A stretch of DNA of 64,000 nucleotides, taken from positions 42,718,001 through 42,782,000 of the forward strand of contig CM060733.1 of NCBI GenBank assembly GCA_030704615.1, given 5' to 3'. The first letter of the stretch is position 1. Each line of letters begins with the position of its first letter. This document shows, in pieces, positions 24,766 through 37,239 of the stretch. Source of the stretch: Takakia lepidozioides. Taxonomy: Eukaryota; Plantae; Bryophyta. The position numbers and the translations under genes were made by a program. The notes below the pieces were generated by a model, which saw only the letters and a list, made by a program, of their open reading frames with translations, had not been told where the DNA came from and ran no database searches.

Positions 24766-25350
24766 TTAATGTGGCAATAACCAAAACTCTCTTCTGTAAT
24801 ATCTCTCGTATATGCCTGGGTTTCTTTCAAGCTTCAATGCACCCTTGGCTATACTTGAAGTCTCCGTTACCATATAACCATATGGCAAACAAGTCTGAAA
24901 AGCTGTTCTTGGTGTGAGTTTGATCCACAAAATATCCTTTGGAATCCAATTCTTTACCAGTACAAGCTCTTCATGCATATGAGTATAAACATTCACCTTT
25001 CTTTCTTCCCAGCCTTCAAACTCTACTCGTTTAATGGATAGCAATGCTATCACATAAACCAATGTTGGTAACCAACGTGCTCTTCCTCTACAGGCTACCT
25101 GATAAATCTTTATCACTCCTTTCTCCAGACCCCATTCTGGATCAGCATCATGCACTCGTTTAAGAATATTTTCTTTACAACCGTCTGGCAATTCCAAGAA
25201 CCTTTGAAAGAATTGTTTGGACAATCTTTCTTCCTTCGTTCCACAGGGAATTTGATTCACTTCAAATTCTTTAATGGTCCATCCACCATGATCCCACCAG
25301 ATGCCTGTCACATCTGGTTGTTCATGTCCCAGTTCCCCAGTATGGTCGCC
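24766..25350 (-). CDS. Possible extra ORF in the 5' leader between PBS and gag (unknown product)
   Basis: About 195 stop-free codons of protein-like composition; no in-frame ATG close to the PBS. Confidence 0.4.
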   Translation of the reverse strand, partial: GDHTGELGHEQPDVTGIWWDHGGWTIKEFEVNQIPCGTKEERLSKQFFQRFLELPDGCKENILKRVHDADPEWGLEKGVIKIYQVACRGRARWLPTLVYVIALLSIKRVEFEGWEERKVNVYTHMHEELVLVKNWIPKDILWIKLTPRTAFQTCLPYGYMVTETSSIAKGALKLERNPGIYERYYRREFWLLPH

Positions 25351-25351
25351 A
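25334..25351 (-). promoter_or_regulatory. Primer binding site, probably tRNA-Arg
   Basis: TGGCGACCATACTGGGGA, 2 nt from the LTR. Its complement TCCCCAGTATGGTCGCCA resembles plant tRNA-Arg 3' ends (from memory, not searched). Confidence 0.8.
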
Positions 25352-25353
25352 AA

Positions 25354-26277
25354 TGTCGCGCGGCTTTTACTCACCCATCCCTTCGCTATCCGAGGCGGAA
25401 ACTCCAAGATAGAAGAGTTGGAAATCTCTAAGTACTCAGCCGCGCAGAACAATCAGTCATGACCTACAGCTAGTGTATCATGGGGGTGTTTCCTATTTGT
25501 TTCCCTTTCCGCATTCATCTTAGCTACCTTACCATTGATAATTAAGTATCAGTTTGCTTCATCAATTTATCGGTTTCCTTCACTCCTCCATTCAATCCAC
25601 AGCTTCACTCAGATCTCTCTACACAGTGTGATTGTATCGTATAAGTATCAGATTATGATTTATCAGGTATCAGGCCGAAGCCATTGTGTCTCTATTCTCC
25701 TCTACAATATCCCTACAGCTTTGCATATAACAAGCATCTACTAATCCTCTTTCCTCCTTCATCGTGCTCTCCGACCTCCGCTCCCGTCTGACTCCGAAAT
25801 CCTCCTCCCCCCAATAATAATCCCCTTCTTCATTCCCCGTTCTTCCCTTTATCTTCCTATCCGTAGTTCTAACCGTTTCCCTCACTAACCGTCGCTTGTG
25901 AACTAACATGTTCCCCACAGTCGTTCCCTGTCCTGCTCTCCGTTCCCTATGATCGTGACCGCTGTGTCAAGCTGTGACTGGCTGTGTGAAACTGTGACGG
26001 GCTGTGACTGGCTGTGCGACTGTGTTTGGCTGTGTCAGGCTGTGATTGGCTGTGTGGGCTGTGTGGGCTGTGTCGACTGTGACGACTGTGACGGGCTGTG
26101 TTGGCTGTGTCGGCTGTGACGACTGTGACGGGCTGTGTGGCTGTGTCGACTGTGTAACCCCCCTCTACAATGCGTTGCTGTCACCCCTAAGGCTCCTGTT
26201 GGTCTCAGTCTGTGCAAAAATTAAGGGTACCCTACAGATCCCATATAAGTGTCTAAGTCCCCTACAGTCCTCTAACA
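25354..26277 (-). repeat. 5' LTR of A2 (924 bp)
   Basis: TGTCGCGCGG...CCTCTAACA on +, adjacent to the PBS. Confidence 0.97.
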
Positions 26278-26439
26278 GTGCGCAGGGAAGGGGGAGTGTG
26301 GGGAAGATGAGGAGCTCGGAGCGAGGAAGTGTTGTCGGTTTGAAACGCGTGGGTCACGAGCGAAGGTCGGGCAAGTGGCAAAGGAAAAGAGCACCATTTA
26401 ATATAACCGTACCCAAGAATGAGGCGCAAAATTTACTTC

Positions 26440-27270
26440 GACAGGACGTCCAATCGGAGGGTGACGGCCCCACATGCCTGCCAGAGAAGATCCCCCGGAT
26501 GGAAAAACAGCACCGAATTTCCATCCGAGGGCGCACGGATGAAGTCGTCTCGGGGGGAGAGGCCGACACCTGGCCGACAGAGAACATCCCCCGGATGGAA
26601 AAACGGCGCCGAATTTCCATCCACAGACGCCCGTATCAGCCCTGCATCAACATTTTTTAGTCGTTGCATCAAGTTTTTCGCGTTTTTTTGTCTGGTTACA
26701 CACTAAACTTGGAGTTTTTTGCCTGCAAGCCACTTTTCGCACGTTATTCCCACCATTTCCGTCCGCTAAAGACAAATTCGGTGCCTGTTTTCCATCGATA
26801 AGGTGGACCAAATTACCTGCAGGATGGAAATTCGGCGCCGGATTTCCATCCGGCCGTGCCCCGACTTACTTGCAGGATGGAAATTCGGTGCTAGTTTTCC
26901 ATCCGGCCGCGGTTCCGTTTACCTGCTAAATGGAAATTCGGCGCCCGTTTTCCATCCGGCCGCGGTTCCGCTTACCTGCTACGGGGAAATTCGGCGCCGG
27001 TTTCCCATCCGACCGCACTCCGAATTACCTGCAGGATGGAAATTCGGCGCCCGTTTTCCATCCGGCCACGGTTCCGCTTACCTGCTACGGGGAAATTTGG
27101 CGCCGGTTTCCCATCCGACCGCACTCCGAATTACCTGCAGGATGGAAATTCGGCGCCGGTTTCCCATCCTGCGTCTCCTGGATGAGAACGGCTCGGGCGG
27201 AGGGAGGCCCATGTTGCGTCCTACTTTATCCACTGGATGGAAATTCGACGCCGTTTTTTCCATCCAGCGG
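26440..27270. repeat. Array of the GGATGGAAATTCGGCGCC..TTTCCATCC palindrome with TTACCTGC spacers (D1 upstream array)
   Basis: More than 10 imperfect copies; same motif as 60050-63450. Confidence 0.9.
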
Positions 27271-27820
27271 GCGATTGATGAAGTCTCGGGAGGAGGGTGG
27301 GCCAGTCGACGCCTGTGGCCGACCTCCATACCTACGACATTTAATGGCGCAGTTGCGCATTAAATGTCCTCGGCCGTCGGTTTTGAACCGGATGTTCCAC
27401 AGGGATTCCGCGCTTGCTTCCCGGATACACCTTCGACACCTGACGATGTGACGCTTGGATGAAGTTCCATTCGAGGCATGTACGCACGCATACTGCGGGA
27501 GATTTTTTCTCTTGCTGGGACTTATGCCGCGTGGAGAAGGGCGTGGCTCTCCTAAGAGAAACCCCACATACAGACCGCGGCGGAAGTTGAAGGCTTTGTA
27601 CTACGGGTGGCGTCCAACCTCTCACATGGCCAAACTGAAGCTCCAGCAGGAGATCCCATTGTCTTGCTCACAGCCCGCGCCAACTGAAGCCGAGTACTCT
27701 CAGGCAAGCCCCTTCCTCTTTCGCTTTGTGTAACATGTGCGGTCTTCTTCGCTTGTTTTTTGTTTGTTTTCGCATTCAGCCTGGCAGCCTTGGAAGTGCA
27801 TGGTTGCATTGCAAAAGCAC

Positions 27821-27985
27821 GAGTTGGTGAGAAGAATGATCAAGTTCAGAGGGGTTAGAAAGGAGCCAGGTCGTTGCTGCATTGAGATTTGCAACAGGGT
27901 GCACACCTTCGCTGTAGATGACAGGTTGCATCCCAGAATGAAGGAAATCCATGTTGAGCTGGGAAGATTGTCTGGGCAGATGAAG
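27821..27985 (+). pseudogene. Fragment of a PLS-class PPR (RNA-editing factor) E/E+ domain inside D1 intron 1
   Basis: VRRMIKFRGVRKEPGRCCIEICNRVHTFAVDDRLHPRMKEIHVELGRLSGQMK fits the E2/E+ consensus (RGVKKEPG.SWIEV...VH.F...D..HP...EI..EL..L...MK). Absent from D2 intron 1. Confidence 0.85.
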
Positions 27986-28255
27986 TGCCTTCAAAACATT
28001 TCACCCTATTTTCCCGTCTTATCGAAATCGTGTTCATTTGTTCATCGTGTTTCATGTTCATTTCTGCAAGTTACTGGTTGAGTGAACCTTAGATAGTTTG
28101 CAATGCGTGTGCAAAGCCGGCAACTTTGGAGAAGGCTGCTTCTGCATGTGATTCTTAGGCATTGCTCGGGTTTGTTTTCATTGTTGTTCCATGCCACTCC
28201 ATACTTGGTTTTGTTTTGTTTTCATTGCGATGTTGGTTCTCACGATTGTTGGGGA

Positions 28256-28625
28256 TGACTAAGTCCCTAGGGTGGTTGGCACCAAAACCGGAAATTCGGC
28301 GCCATTTTTCCAGTTCCGGGCCCAGTCAGTTCTGGGACTTGGCCATTTTCGGCCCCAACCCGGGAAAATGGCGCCAAATTTCCAGTTCAGGGCCCCGAAA
28401 ATGGCTTAAGTCCCTAGGGTGGCTAGCACCGAAACCGGAAATTCGGCACCATTTTTCTAGTTCCGGGCCCAGTCAGTTCTGGGACTTAGCCATTTTCGGC
28501 CCCAATCCGGGAAAATGGCGCCGAATTTCCAGTTCAGGGCCCCGAAAATGGCTAAGTCCCTGGGGTGGCTGGCACCGAAACTGGAAATTCGGCGCCATTT
28601 TTCCAGTTCCGGGCCCAGTCACTTC
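28256..28625. repeat. ~147-bp tandem repeat (about 2.5 units) in the intron before D1 exon 7
   Basis: AAGTCCCT(A)GGGTGG at 28261, 28408 and 28554; contains GGAAATTCGGCGCC. Confidence 0.85.
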
Positions 28626-31600
28626 GGCGTCTATTCGGCGTATATTTTGCAGTTTCATTCCCTAAAATCTACCTCGTTCCCGGGACCTCATTCTGTGTGT
28701 GTTTCTTGAATGCAGGTACTGCAAGTTCTCCCTTTTGGACAAAGGTCATCTATCCTTCAAGCCGCCATTCTTCCTCGCATGGAGGAACCCTGGGGCTGAC
28801 TCCATGTACACTGACGTTATCGTGAAGGAGTGGCATCTGGAACATTTGCGCGACTACCCTTGGTATGTGGACCTTCCGCCCGGCTCGCTCGACTCATCCG
28901 AGTTTCAATTGAAGCTGGATGCTGAGGCCCGACGAAACCGGGCTCCGCTGCCTCTGCTGGGTCTAAAGGAGGCAAAAGCGCTTGCCAAGTCCAGGAAAGC
29001 GGCAGAGCTTGCTCAGACAGGTATTCACGAGAAATTGAATGAGAAGAATAAAGGACAAATGAAAGGGACACGGAAACAGGGGAGTAAAGTAACCCCCAAA
29101 AAACAGAAAACCACCGGGGCACCAGAGGAGGCGCAAGAGGGCCCCCAAGGGAGTGACTCCGACGATGACTTTGTGCAAGGTCCTGCGACTGCTGCTACTG
29201 CTACCAAGTCACCGGTCGTCCAGGTTCCCAAGTCAGTTCGAACTGGGATTGGCTCTGCCAAGTAGTTGGCATTTGAGGGCGAGCCTACACGGCGGTATTC
29301 GGCAGTGACGTTTCCGCAGAGGCCAAAGCTAGAACCCCCAACCATCATCCAATGTGTCAATGAGAGCTTCCTTGACGCTTTGGCTACCAGGGCGAAGAAG
29401 GTGGCACACATCAAGTCTCTGGAGGAGCTGAAGGGGAAAGCCAAGAAGAGGGCTCCCTGTCAAGTTAAATAAGCACAGTGTGAAAACAACTAGAATAAAG
29501 CTAGTTATTTGTATTTAACACTTGGATTTAGGTCAAGTGTTAAATCAGGTGTCAAGTTTAGTTTGACACCTGAACGGCCTTATCTTCACGAGAGCGGCGG
29601 TCGCGTGGCTCATCTCTCTCGAGTTGAGCCTGCGCGACCGAGCTCCTGCATCGTTTAGGTTTGAGTGCGCTTATGTAGGGGTACAGGTTGTTGTGGGGTG
29701 GAGTCCCCATAGCTTGGGGTGCTCCTGGCTCGACTTCTGTTTCAATGAGTGATAGCGATGGATTTCATATTTCTTGTGTTGGGAGTGTGTGTCCTTTTTA
29801 GCTTTGTTTATCACTCGAGAGAGATCAGTTTGCATCTGTGAGTGCAAGATGTGAGCTTAATTAGTTTTTAGCACTTGTGGATTTTGTGTGTGTTGAAAGC
29901 GGTAACACAAAAGTGCATGGGTATTCTCCCTTTATAACGGTCACTGGCTGAGCGGCAGATTGAGAGCCGAGCATGGTGAAACGATCAGCATTATTGTTGT
30001 CTCGCAAGGCTGGGATGCAAGCCTTCATTGTCTTGGTGGTTAGAAACGGAGGTGCAGCTGGTTACGCGAGTAGGTGGACCGTGGTCTTCGACTTCAGCTG
30101 CAGAGATAAAAATACCATGCTATAGGTAATTCCTGAGCAGACTGATGGTTTCAGACCTGCACATAGTGAGCAGCCAAGGTGTTGGACTGGTTGATGGGCT
30201 CATGTCTACAAGTCGTCGTGCCAATGGTATATCGGTACTGATGACAAACGATTTGGTGAAGTTGTTCATGGCATATATCATGGTGTGCAATCAGTAAAGG
30301 CCGAGTTGAGAAGTTGGCTGGCTATCGTTGGTTTTCTTGGTCAGCGAGGAGGGACAGGCTGGCATGAAGGCAGATTGTGCCGTCGTTGGCTTTCATGTGG
30401 AATGGTTACTAGCAATGGTTGGGAAGTCGGTGTGCGACTATAGTCCAGCCACCATGAAGGAGTGGTTGTGGGCTGGTTGATGTGAGGTTGTCTGGCTGCA
30501 CATCGCGAGGAAGCAAGCAAATGGATGGACGGGGTCAGGCTAGATTTTCTAGCAAGTGCGTAATTAAGGTGCTGTCCATCACCTCCCTCGCCCCCGCCTC
30601 CTGATCCACCAGGACTTCCTTAAGCTCCTTATTACGGTTAGTCGAGTATGTATGAGTACTGCAGGTTACTTAATGAGAAAACTGGAATGTAAAGTACTTA
30701 GGATCTGCCAAATTCAGCTTTTCAGGTGTTACTCTTGACCGGAGTATCAATGGGCACATGCCTGTTGTCAGCTAGCCGAAGAGGCCCCTCTTTTGAACCC
30801 TCTTGAACTCTAAGAAAAGAGTTGGATCTATTACAATCCGTGGGAAAATTGAGTTAGCGTAGGAGCTGATCATGAAGCAGGCCAAAGGGGCGATGAAACA
30901 GACCAGAATGGAGGCCATTACGAATTCCAACTTCTGATTGAAGATATTCGGATTTTATGGTGGGCTTTCATACATTGTCAGGTGCCTGTCATGGCAAATA
31001 CCCACTAGCATTTTTTGGACGGAAATTCGACAGTCTCGGTTTTAATGAAACAGGTTCGGGCCTATTGGCAGTCAATTTGAAGGCAGCCCCAATATCAGCA
31101 GCAATATGCACGCCTAGGATATGGAGAGCCTGACCCGAGACCTGCAATGCGGCAACCATACTTCCTGCACCAACGAGAGTTGTGGCGTGGTTTGGGCAGT
31201 GCTAGATTAGCACGATGAATGCACCAAAGAGGGAGCATTGTGGAAGCAGCCGCTTCAAGTGTCATCTCGGCTTCAGTGCAGATTACCCTGGTTGGGATGA
31301 AGCGCGCCCTAAGGGCAGCCACTCTATACTGATCCATTGAGTACAGATCCGGAATGGGAGTTGCCAGTATTTATGGAATCAGTAGCCGGTTAGTAGATTT
31401 CTAGTAGATTTCTGCTTGGACAATTGAACTCGGATATTGGTTGACAGACAATCTACGCAGGCTGATGCGAATGGCATAACAGGAGATGAAGCATTGATCG
31501 TTTCAAACTGTCGATCTGCCAGGCTCTTTACATTAACGGACACATTGTCTACCTGCTGCTGAGCTTCAGCGTGCCACTGTATTCATCGTAATTCCCCAAG

Positions 31601-32027
31601 ACCCGCCCATGTGTGGAGAACTCGAGACGGGCTGTTCAGATGGAAAATCGGGAACCTGCAGGGAACGGAGGGCACAAGTGTGGATATCACTTATCCGACA
31701 GATCAACCCGTAGATAACATGGTAACAGTTTTTAATGGCGAGAACGTTTGGTGTTAAAAAAAAAAAAAAACCTTTTTGATCTAATTCGAATGATTTAGAG
31801 CCTAATTGGTCATATCTTTGTCATATGGGCTCTGTTTGACTCAGTTTTTGGGGGGATAGCTGCAGAAAGGGGATATCTACCTATCTAGACATGGTTTTTG
31901 TTTTTAGGACTCTGCTAAAAATCTATGGAATTTTTAGAGTGTGAGTGTGTCATGAAAGATCCACAATTCTGTTTCTAGAACCTGTGCTGGTCTATATGAG
32001 AGACAAATCTGTGGATGTACTCCTTGT

Positions 32028-32777
32028 ATGGCTGGGGGAAATGAGGATATAATTGAAGGGCAGGTCTCTTCTCTTAGCCTGTGCACACAAGGGGACAGGA
32101 TTTATGTTTCCCAAGGAACTCAGACTGATTTGAGTGGAGAACAGTTGGACGAGTTGATTGCATACTGGGAGTCAGGCATTAGCAGTAGACAACAGACTGC
32201 TGTAGTTGGCGTTGAGGGCCTCAATATCGCCTTGGACAGTCAGAACTCTGTTGGAGCCAGCAGTTCTGCAGCTGTAAATGAAATACCAAAGTGGGTGAAA
32301 GCTAGGCTTGGAACACAGCCAAAGACAGCCCCGGGGACCAAGGTGTTCAGCCACAAGGCCGTGGTGTACTGGAGCAGAGGAGCAGGAGCTACACAAGTTT
32401 CTGCAATCAGACACGGTTGCAGCCGGATACGCTCTGCACAGGGCAACCACGAGCGGGGGTTCATCAGCAATGACATGTTTGTTGTGCGCGAAGGAGATGC
32501 AGTCATTCGCAATGAGGACACCCGCAACCGTCTCAAAGCTTTCGAGTTGAGAGACTATCAGACCCTACCTTTGTTTTCTTTAGTGTTCAGTGAGCGGGAG
32601 ATAGGGGAGTATTGCTTTGTCTCTACCTGGCAGAAAGAGGAGGAGGGTTGGTTAGAGCGAGCTACTGTAGCTTGGGACAAGGTTAGTGGCAGGTTTCTGG
32701 ACATAGATATACCTCCTACACCTTACCATCATGCAGAGCGAGGCACTTTGAGAGAAGTCTGGCAGTTGATAGCATAG
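32028..32777 (+). CDS. 249-aa ORF of unknown function upstream of element C gag
   Basis: Intact ATG-to-stop ORF in an otherwise frameshifted element; no motif recognised. Confidence 0.55.
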   Translation: MAGGNEDIIEGQVSSLSLCTQGDRIYVSQGTQTDLSGEQLDELIAYWESGISSRQQTAVVGVEGLNIALDSQNSVGASSSAAVNEIPKWVKARLGTQPKTAPGTKVFSHKAVVYWSRGAGATQVSAIRHGCSRIRSAQGNHERGFISNDMFVVREGDAVIRNEDTRNRLKAFELRDYQTLPLFSLVFSEREIGEYCFVSTWQKEEEGWLERATVAWDKVSGRFLDIDIPPTPYHHAERGTLREVWQLIA

Positions 32778-33429
32778 ATCAGGATTAGATCTTGCTTGGT
32801 CGGGCTTCTATTCTTCCCCTCCATCTCTGTACTATTTTCATTACCTTGTACTTGTAGTTGCCAAAGCCTCTCTTGGGGGAGGCCAGTCAGTCCGGGTTTT
32901 GGGCTGGGATATTCTGCAGAATCAGCGTTGCTGCTGGATTTTGGTGTGGGGTGTTGATGTTTTGATTTCTTGTGTTTGGATCCCCCCCAACACCTGCATG
33001 CTTGACTGTGCGCCATGTTGGTTTTGTGTGGGCGCTTGCTTTCATAGGGATTAGGCCGGATTTGATCACCGGTCAATCCTAGAGTATGCTGTTGGTGGTG
33101 AGGCTGGAGTGATGACCAGCAAGACCACCAGTGTTTCTTCTATGGTGAGGCTGGGTTGATGACCAGCCAACCATAGGAGTTTTGCGGTGGATGCAGGTGC
33201 AGGTGCCCTGAGCCATTGGGATATGACCCATAAACTGCAACAGATGCCCACCCGTGTCACTATTAGATTAGTACTAGAGCCGTATAGTGTCACGTGGAGG
33301 AGGTGCACATTGTGAGTGTCATTACGGAGTTAGCCAAGGGTTTTGAGGGGAGTACGGCTACAGGCAGTAACAGTGAGAGTGGGTTCACAAGACGAGGTAT
33401 TCGGTTCAACCACCTTCACCGCCACCCTT

Positions 33430-35960
33430 AATTACTGTAGAGTCAGACACAGACTCGGAGGCTTCATCAACAGGTGTGCACTTTCATTCGCCATTGTTGT
33501 GGGACGACATGGAGGAGATGTATGGAGCTACCAAGGGGCCTCGTAGGTACTCTGGAGCTGTGGGCACAATCGAGTTGGATGACTTTATCCAGGAGTTCGA
33601 CAGCTGGTGTGATTTGCAGCAGATGCGCAATCCACAGCTATTCACCCCATTCATGGCGTGGAAGGACTGTTCCAGCATTTGGAAGGCCCGCCTATGGACG
33701 ATTACCACGAGTTCAGGCGAGGACATGAAGCAGAGATTGAGGAGTGGAGGATGTATTGGTCACCTGACTACGTCTCCATTACTCGAGGCACGACGCGACC
33801 AGTAGCTGCATCAGTACCAATAGCTCCCACTGCCAGCACTAGTAGTGGAGCAAGTAGTGCTGGTACTTCTGTAGGTGGTACCAGTTCAAAAGGTGCTACT
33901 ACTCCTCCTCCACTACTACAACACATGTCCTAGATTCAACCCAGTGGTGGAGTTCTTCCAAGAGTTGCGGATGAACTACCAAGGTGTACGACAGAGAAGC
34001 TGCGAAGTTTGCAAGACTTCCAGCGCAAACCCAGTGAGAGCCTGCGAGAAGCGTACACTCGTAGAGGCGTTGATAAGTGTGACCCAAGGTTACTGAAGCT
34101 CAGGCAATCCAGTTTTGGTATGGAATTATGGACAAGGAGCTCAAGAGAAGGTGCGAGATCCAACCTTGTTACAAGCAGCCCAACCCACATTAGCAGATGT
34201 GTTTTTGCTGGCTGAGCGGATTGAGCTCAACATAGTGGAGAGCGAGTTTCACCATTGGATTGGCAAGGACATGCCTACACGAGGCGCAGCTGCCAGCCCA
34301 CAGGCACAAGGTACTGCCCAGCAGCGTGGTCAGGGGGCAAGGTTTCCCAACCCAAGTTCCATGGAGCTTACAGGGACCTCAGTGCAGAGGCCCGTGGCAT
34401 CTTGCAGGCCAACAGCAACCAGGGGTGATATGTGGACATGTGGAGGACTGTCGCGCGGCTTTTACTCACCCATCCTTCGCTATCCGAGGCGGAAACTCCA
34501 AGATAGAAGAGTTGAAATCTCTCTAATACTCAGCCCGCGCTGAACAATCAGTCATGATCCTACAGCTAGTGTATCATGGGTGTTTCTCTATTTGTTTCCC
34601 TTTCCGCATTCATCCTAGCTACCTTACCATTGATAATAAGTATCAGTTTGCTTCATCAATTTATCGGTTCCTTCACTCCTCCATTCAATCCACAGCTTCA
34701 CTCAGATCTCTCTACACAGTGTGATTGTATCGTATAAGTATCAGATATGATTTATCAGGTATCAGGCCGAAGCCATTGTGTCTCTATCCCTCTACAATAC
34801 TCCCTACAGCTTTGCATATAACAAGCATCTACTAATCCGCTTCCTCCTTCATCGGCTCTCCGACCTCCGCCTCCCGTCTGACTCCGAAATCCTCCTCCCC
34901 CCAATAATAATCCCATTCCCGTTCTTTTCCCTTTATCTTCCTATCCGTAGTTCTAACCGTTTCCCTCACTAACCGTCGCTTGTGAACAACAGTTCCCCAC
35001 AGTCGTTCCCTGTCCTGCTCTCCGTTCCCTATGATCGTGACCCTGTGTCAAGCTGTGACTGGCTGTGTGAAACTGTGAACGGGCTGTGACTGGCTGTGCG
35101 ACTGTGTTTGGCTGTGTCAGGCGTGACTGGCTGTGTCGGCTGTGTCGGGCTGTGATTGGCTTGTGGGGCTGTGTGCTGTGTCGACTGTGTTTGGCTGTGT
35201 CAGGCTGTGACTGGCTGTGTGGCTGTGTCGGGCTGTGATTGGCTGTGTGGGCTGTGGGCTGTGTCGATTGTGACGACTGTGACGGGCTGTGTTGGCTGTG
35301 TCGGCTGTGACGACTGTGACGGCTGTGTCGGCTGTGTCGACTGTGACGACTGTGTATCCCCCCTCTACAGTGCGTTGCTGTCACCCCTAAGGCTCCTGTT
35401 GGTCTCAGTCTGTGCAAAAATTAAGGGTACCCTACAGATCCCATATAAGTGTCTAAGTCCCCTACAGTCCTCTAACAAGGACCCCATGTCAAGAGAGATT
35501 GCCCAGAGAGTGGTAGAAGGCCGCACAAGCACAGCCTATACAGTTGCAGTGTGGGCATTGTGGGCAAGTATGGGCATGGAGATGCCCAGTGTTATGACTT
35601 GCATCCTGAGTTGCGCCCAGGCCAGTTCCAAGGGAACAATGGTGGCCGGGGGCGAGGTGGACCAGCCCAGAGAGGACGAGTTGGTCGGGCAACGAGGTGC
35701 AGGCCAAGGGCAAGCTCAACATGGCCAAGGACGCGGAGGTCAGGGTGTTGATCAAGGCATGGCCAACCGGCTCCAGCAGCTAGAGCAGAGGCTCGCTGCC
35801 ATGGCTATAGCTCAGGCGGTACCGGCTCCCAGGCGGGATGGTCCACCTCCTGCTCCTGAGGGAGGAGATATGGGAGGCATGGGATTTATGTGCGGAGCAG
35901 CACTACCACTAGAGCAGGTGGAGTCTGCTGCAGCCTGTGACTCAAGGAGCAGCACGAGTT
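33430..35960 (+). pseudogene. Gag of element C, frameshifted and split by a family A solo LTR
   Basis: YSGAVGTIELDDFIQEFDSWC; LQDFQRKPSESLREAYTR; knuckles C.TCGG|PHVKRDC (split by the LTR) and C.HCGQ.GHGDAQC. Confidence 0.8.
34449..35477 (-). mobile_element. Solo LTR of family A (1029 bp) with 5-bp TSD AGGAC
   Basis: AGGAC at 34444-34448 and 35478-35482; no PBS or PPT alongside. Confidence 0.97.
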
Positions 35961-36389
35961 CCTGAGCCACGAGGTGCAGAGGTGGAATTGGATCCAAGCG
36001 TGGGGAGGCAAGCCGTCAGGCGAGGCTTCCTCAGTCATTCACATTGGCGGAGACTATATCGATGCCATCCATGGCACCTAGTTTCTGCCCGCACTGTTCC
36101 CGAGGCGGAGGTTACTATGCCATTGGGGAAGCTACACGTGCAGCATTGACCCTGCTGCCAAGGCTAGTGCGGCCGGTGTGTTGTTGGGGCAGCCACCTCT
36201 GTGTGTCAAGCCCCACTGTTCTCGGCAACCATGATTGCGACGCCGGGAGTGAGACCAGCTGCAGTGTTCAGACTAGCGGCAACACTCTGTGAGAGTGGGG
36301 AGGTCACTTCATCTTCTGCGAGTTAGTGGAAGTGTAATGGCAGAGGGATCCTCGATTTGAGGGTCAAGACTGCCATGGCAGCGCCCTGG

Positions 36390-36960
36390 CAAGCTGCAGC
36401 TGCCAGATTGACGAAGCTGCCAGCTATGCCAGCCTTTGAGCGCGCCACGATGACACCTGGAGTTGTCTTGTTAGACAACCAGGGAGACATTTTCACTTTG
36501 AGTGGACCGGCAGGCAAGAAGTACCGGCCACTGCGGTCTTGTTGGACTCGGGAGCCCAGCCACTGATGTTGGGCAGAGCTGCTATTGCAGATTTGGGCCT
36601 CATGGAGGCGGATATGGAGCCTTGTCCTTTCCAGATACAGACATCTCTGGGAGGATCAAAGCAGACGCGGGGCATGACACGGCATCAGTTGGCTATTAGA
36701 CTGCAGCCGGATCATCCTGTAGATGGCTCAGTGATCGAGCCAAAGCCATTGTGACAGACGCGGTCTCTTATGATGTCCTCGTTGGTGGGGCAGTGTTATA
36801 CCCCATAGGCTTCACCCTGGACTTCTGGGAGGAGTCAGCATTCTACAGGCCTGGATGGCAGTCAAGGGATGGTCGCCGTGCACAGCTCCCTGTGACATTC
36901 ATTGGGGTATTGCAGCTGCCCAGCGGGGCAAGATACCACACTAGCTGCCTTCACAGCTTC
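36390..36960 (+). pseudogene. Aspartic protease of element C
   Basis: VLLDSGAQPLMLG catalytic motif; YDVLVGG C-terminal motif. Confidence 0.8.
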
Positions 36961-37239
36961 AATTAGTTGGCTGGAGAGGCTGGAAGCAATGCCCATGCAG
37001 AAGATGTCCACCTCCAGCAGAGCAGGATGACATACATGGTATGGCGGAGTTGCCTGCCATGGTTGCTCACACTCCATTGTGGGGTACGAGCAAGGATTTG
37101 CAGCAGGTTGCTGATCGACGGGTTGCAACAAGCCTGGGTAGAGGCTTTTGTACCGTCAGAGAGGAGGAAAGTGCGGGTATTGCACCAGGACCACCTCAGT
37201 TGTCACCATTGGATACCACACCTATTGTGTGGCAGTATC

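Larger units (their letters stand above)
11035..26277 (-). mobile_element. Ty3/Gypsy family A copy A2, near full-length (LTR-PBS-uORF-gag-PR-RT-RH-IN-extra ORF-PPT-LTR); non-chromovirus, Athila/Tat-like
   Basis: Two LTRs, PBS, PPT, Gypsy domain order and no chromodomain. The outer end of the 3' LTR is lost in the gap, so the TSD cannot be checked. Confidence 0.95.

Noticed and set aside
29880-31880. Homology between the element C leader and the 15513-17634 insertion
   Set aside because: Only a few short, non-colinear matches by eye; not supportable without an alignment.
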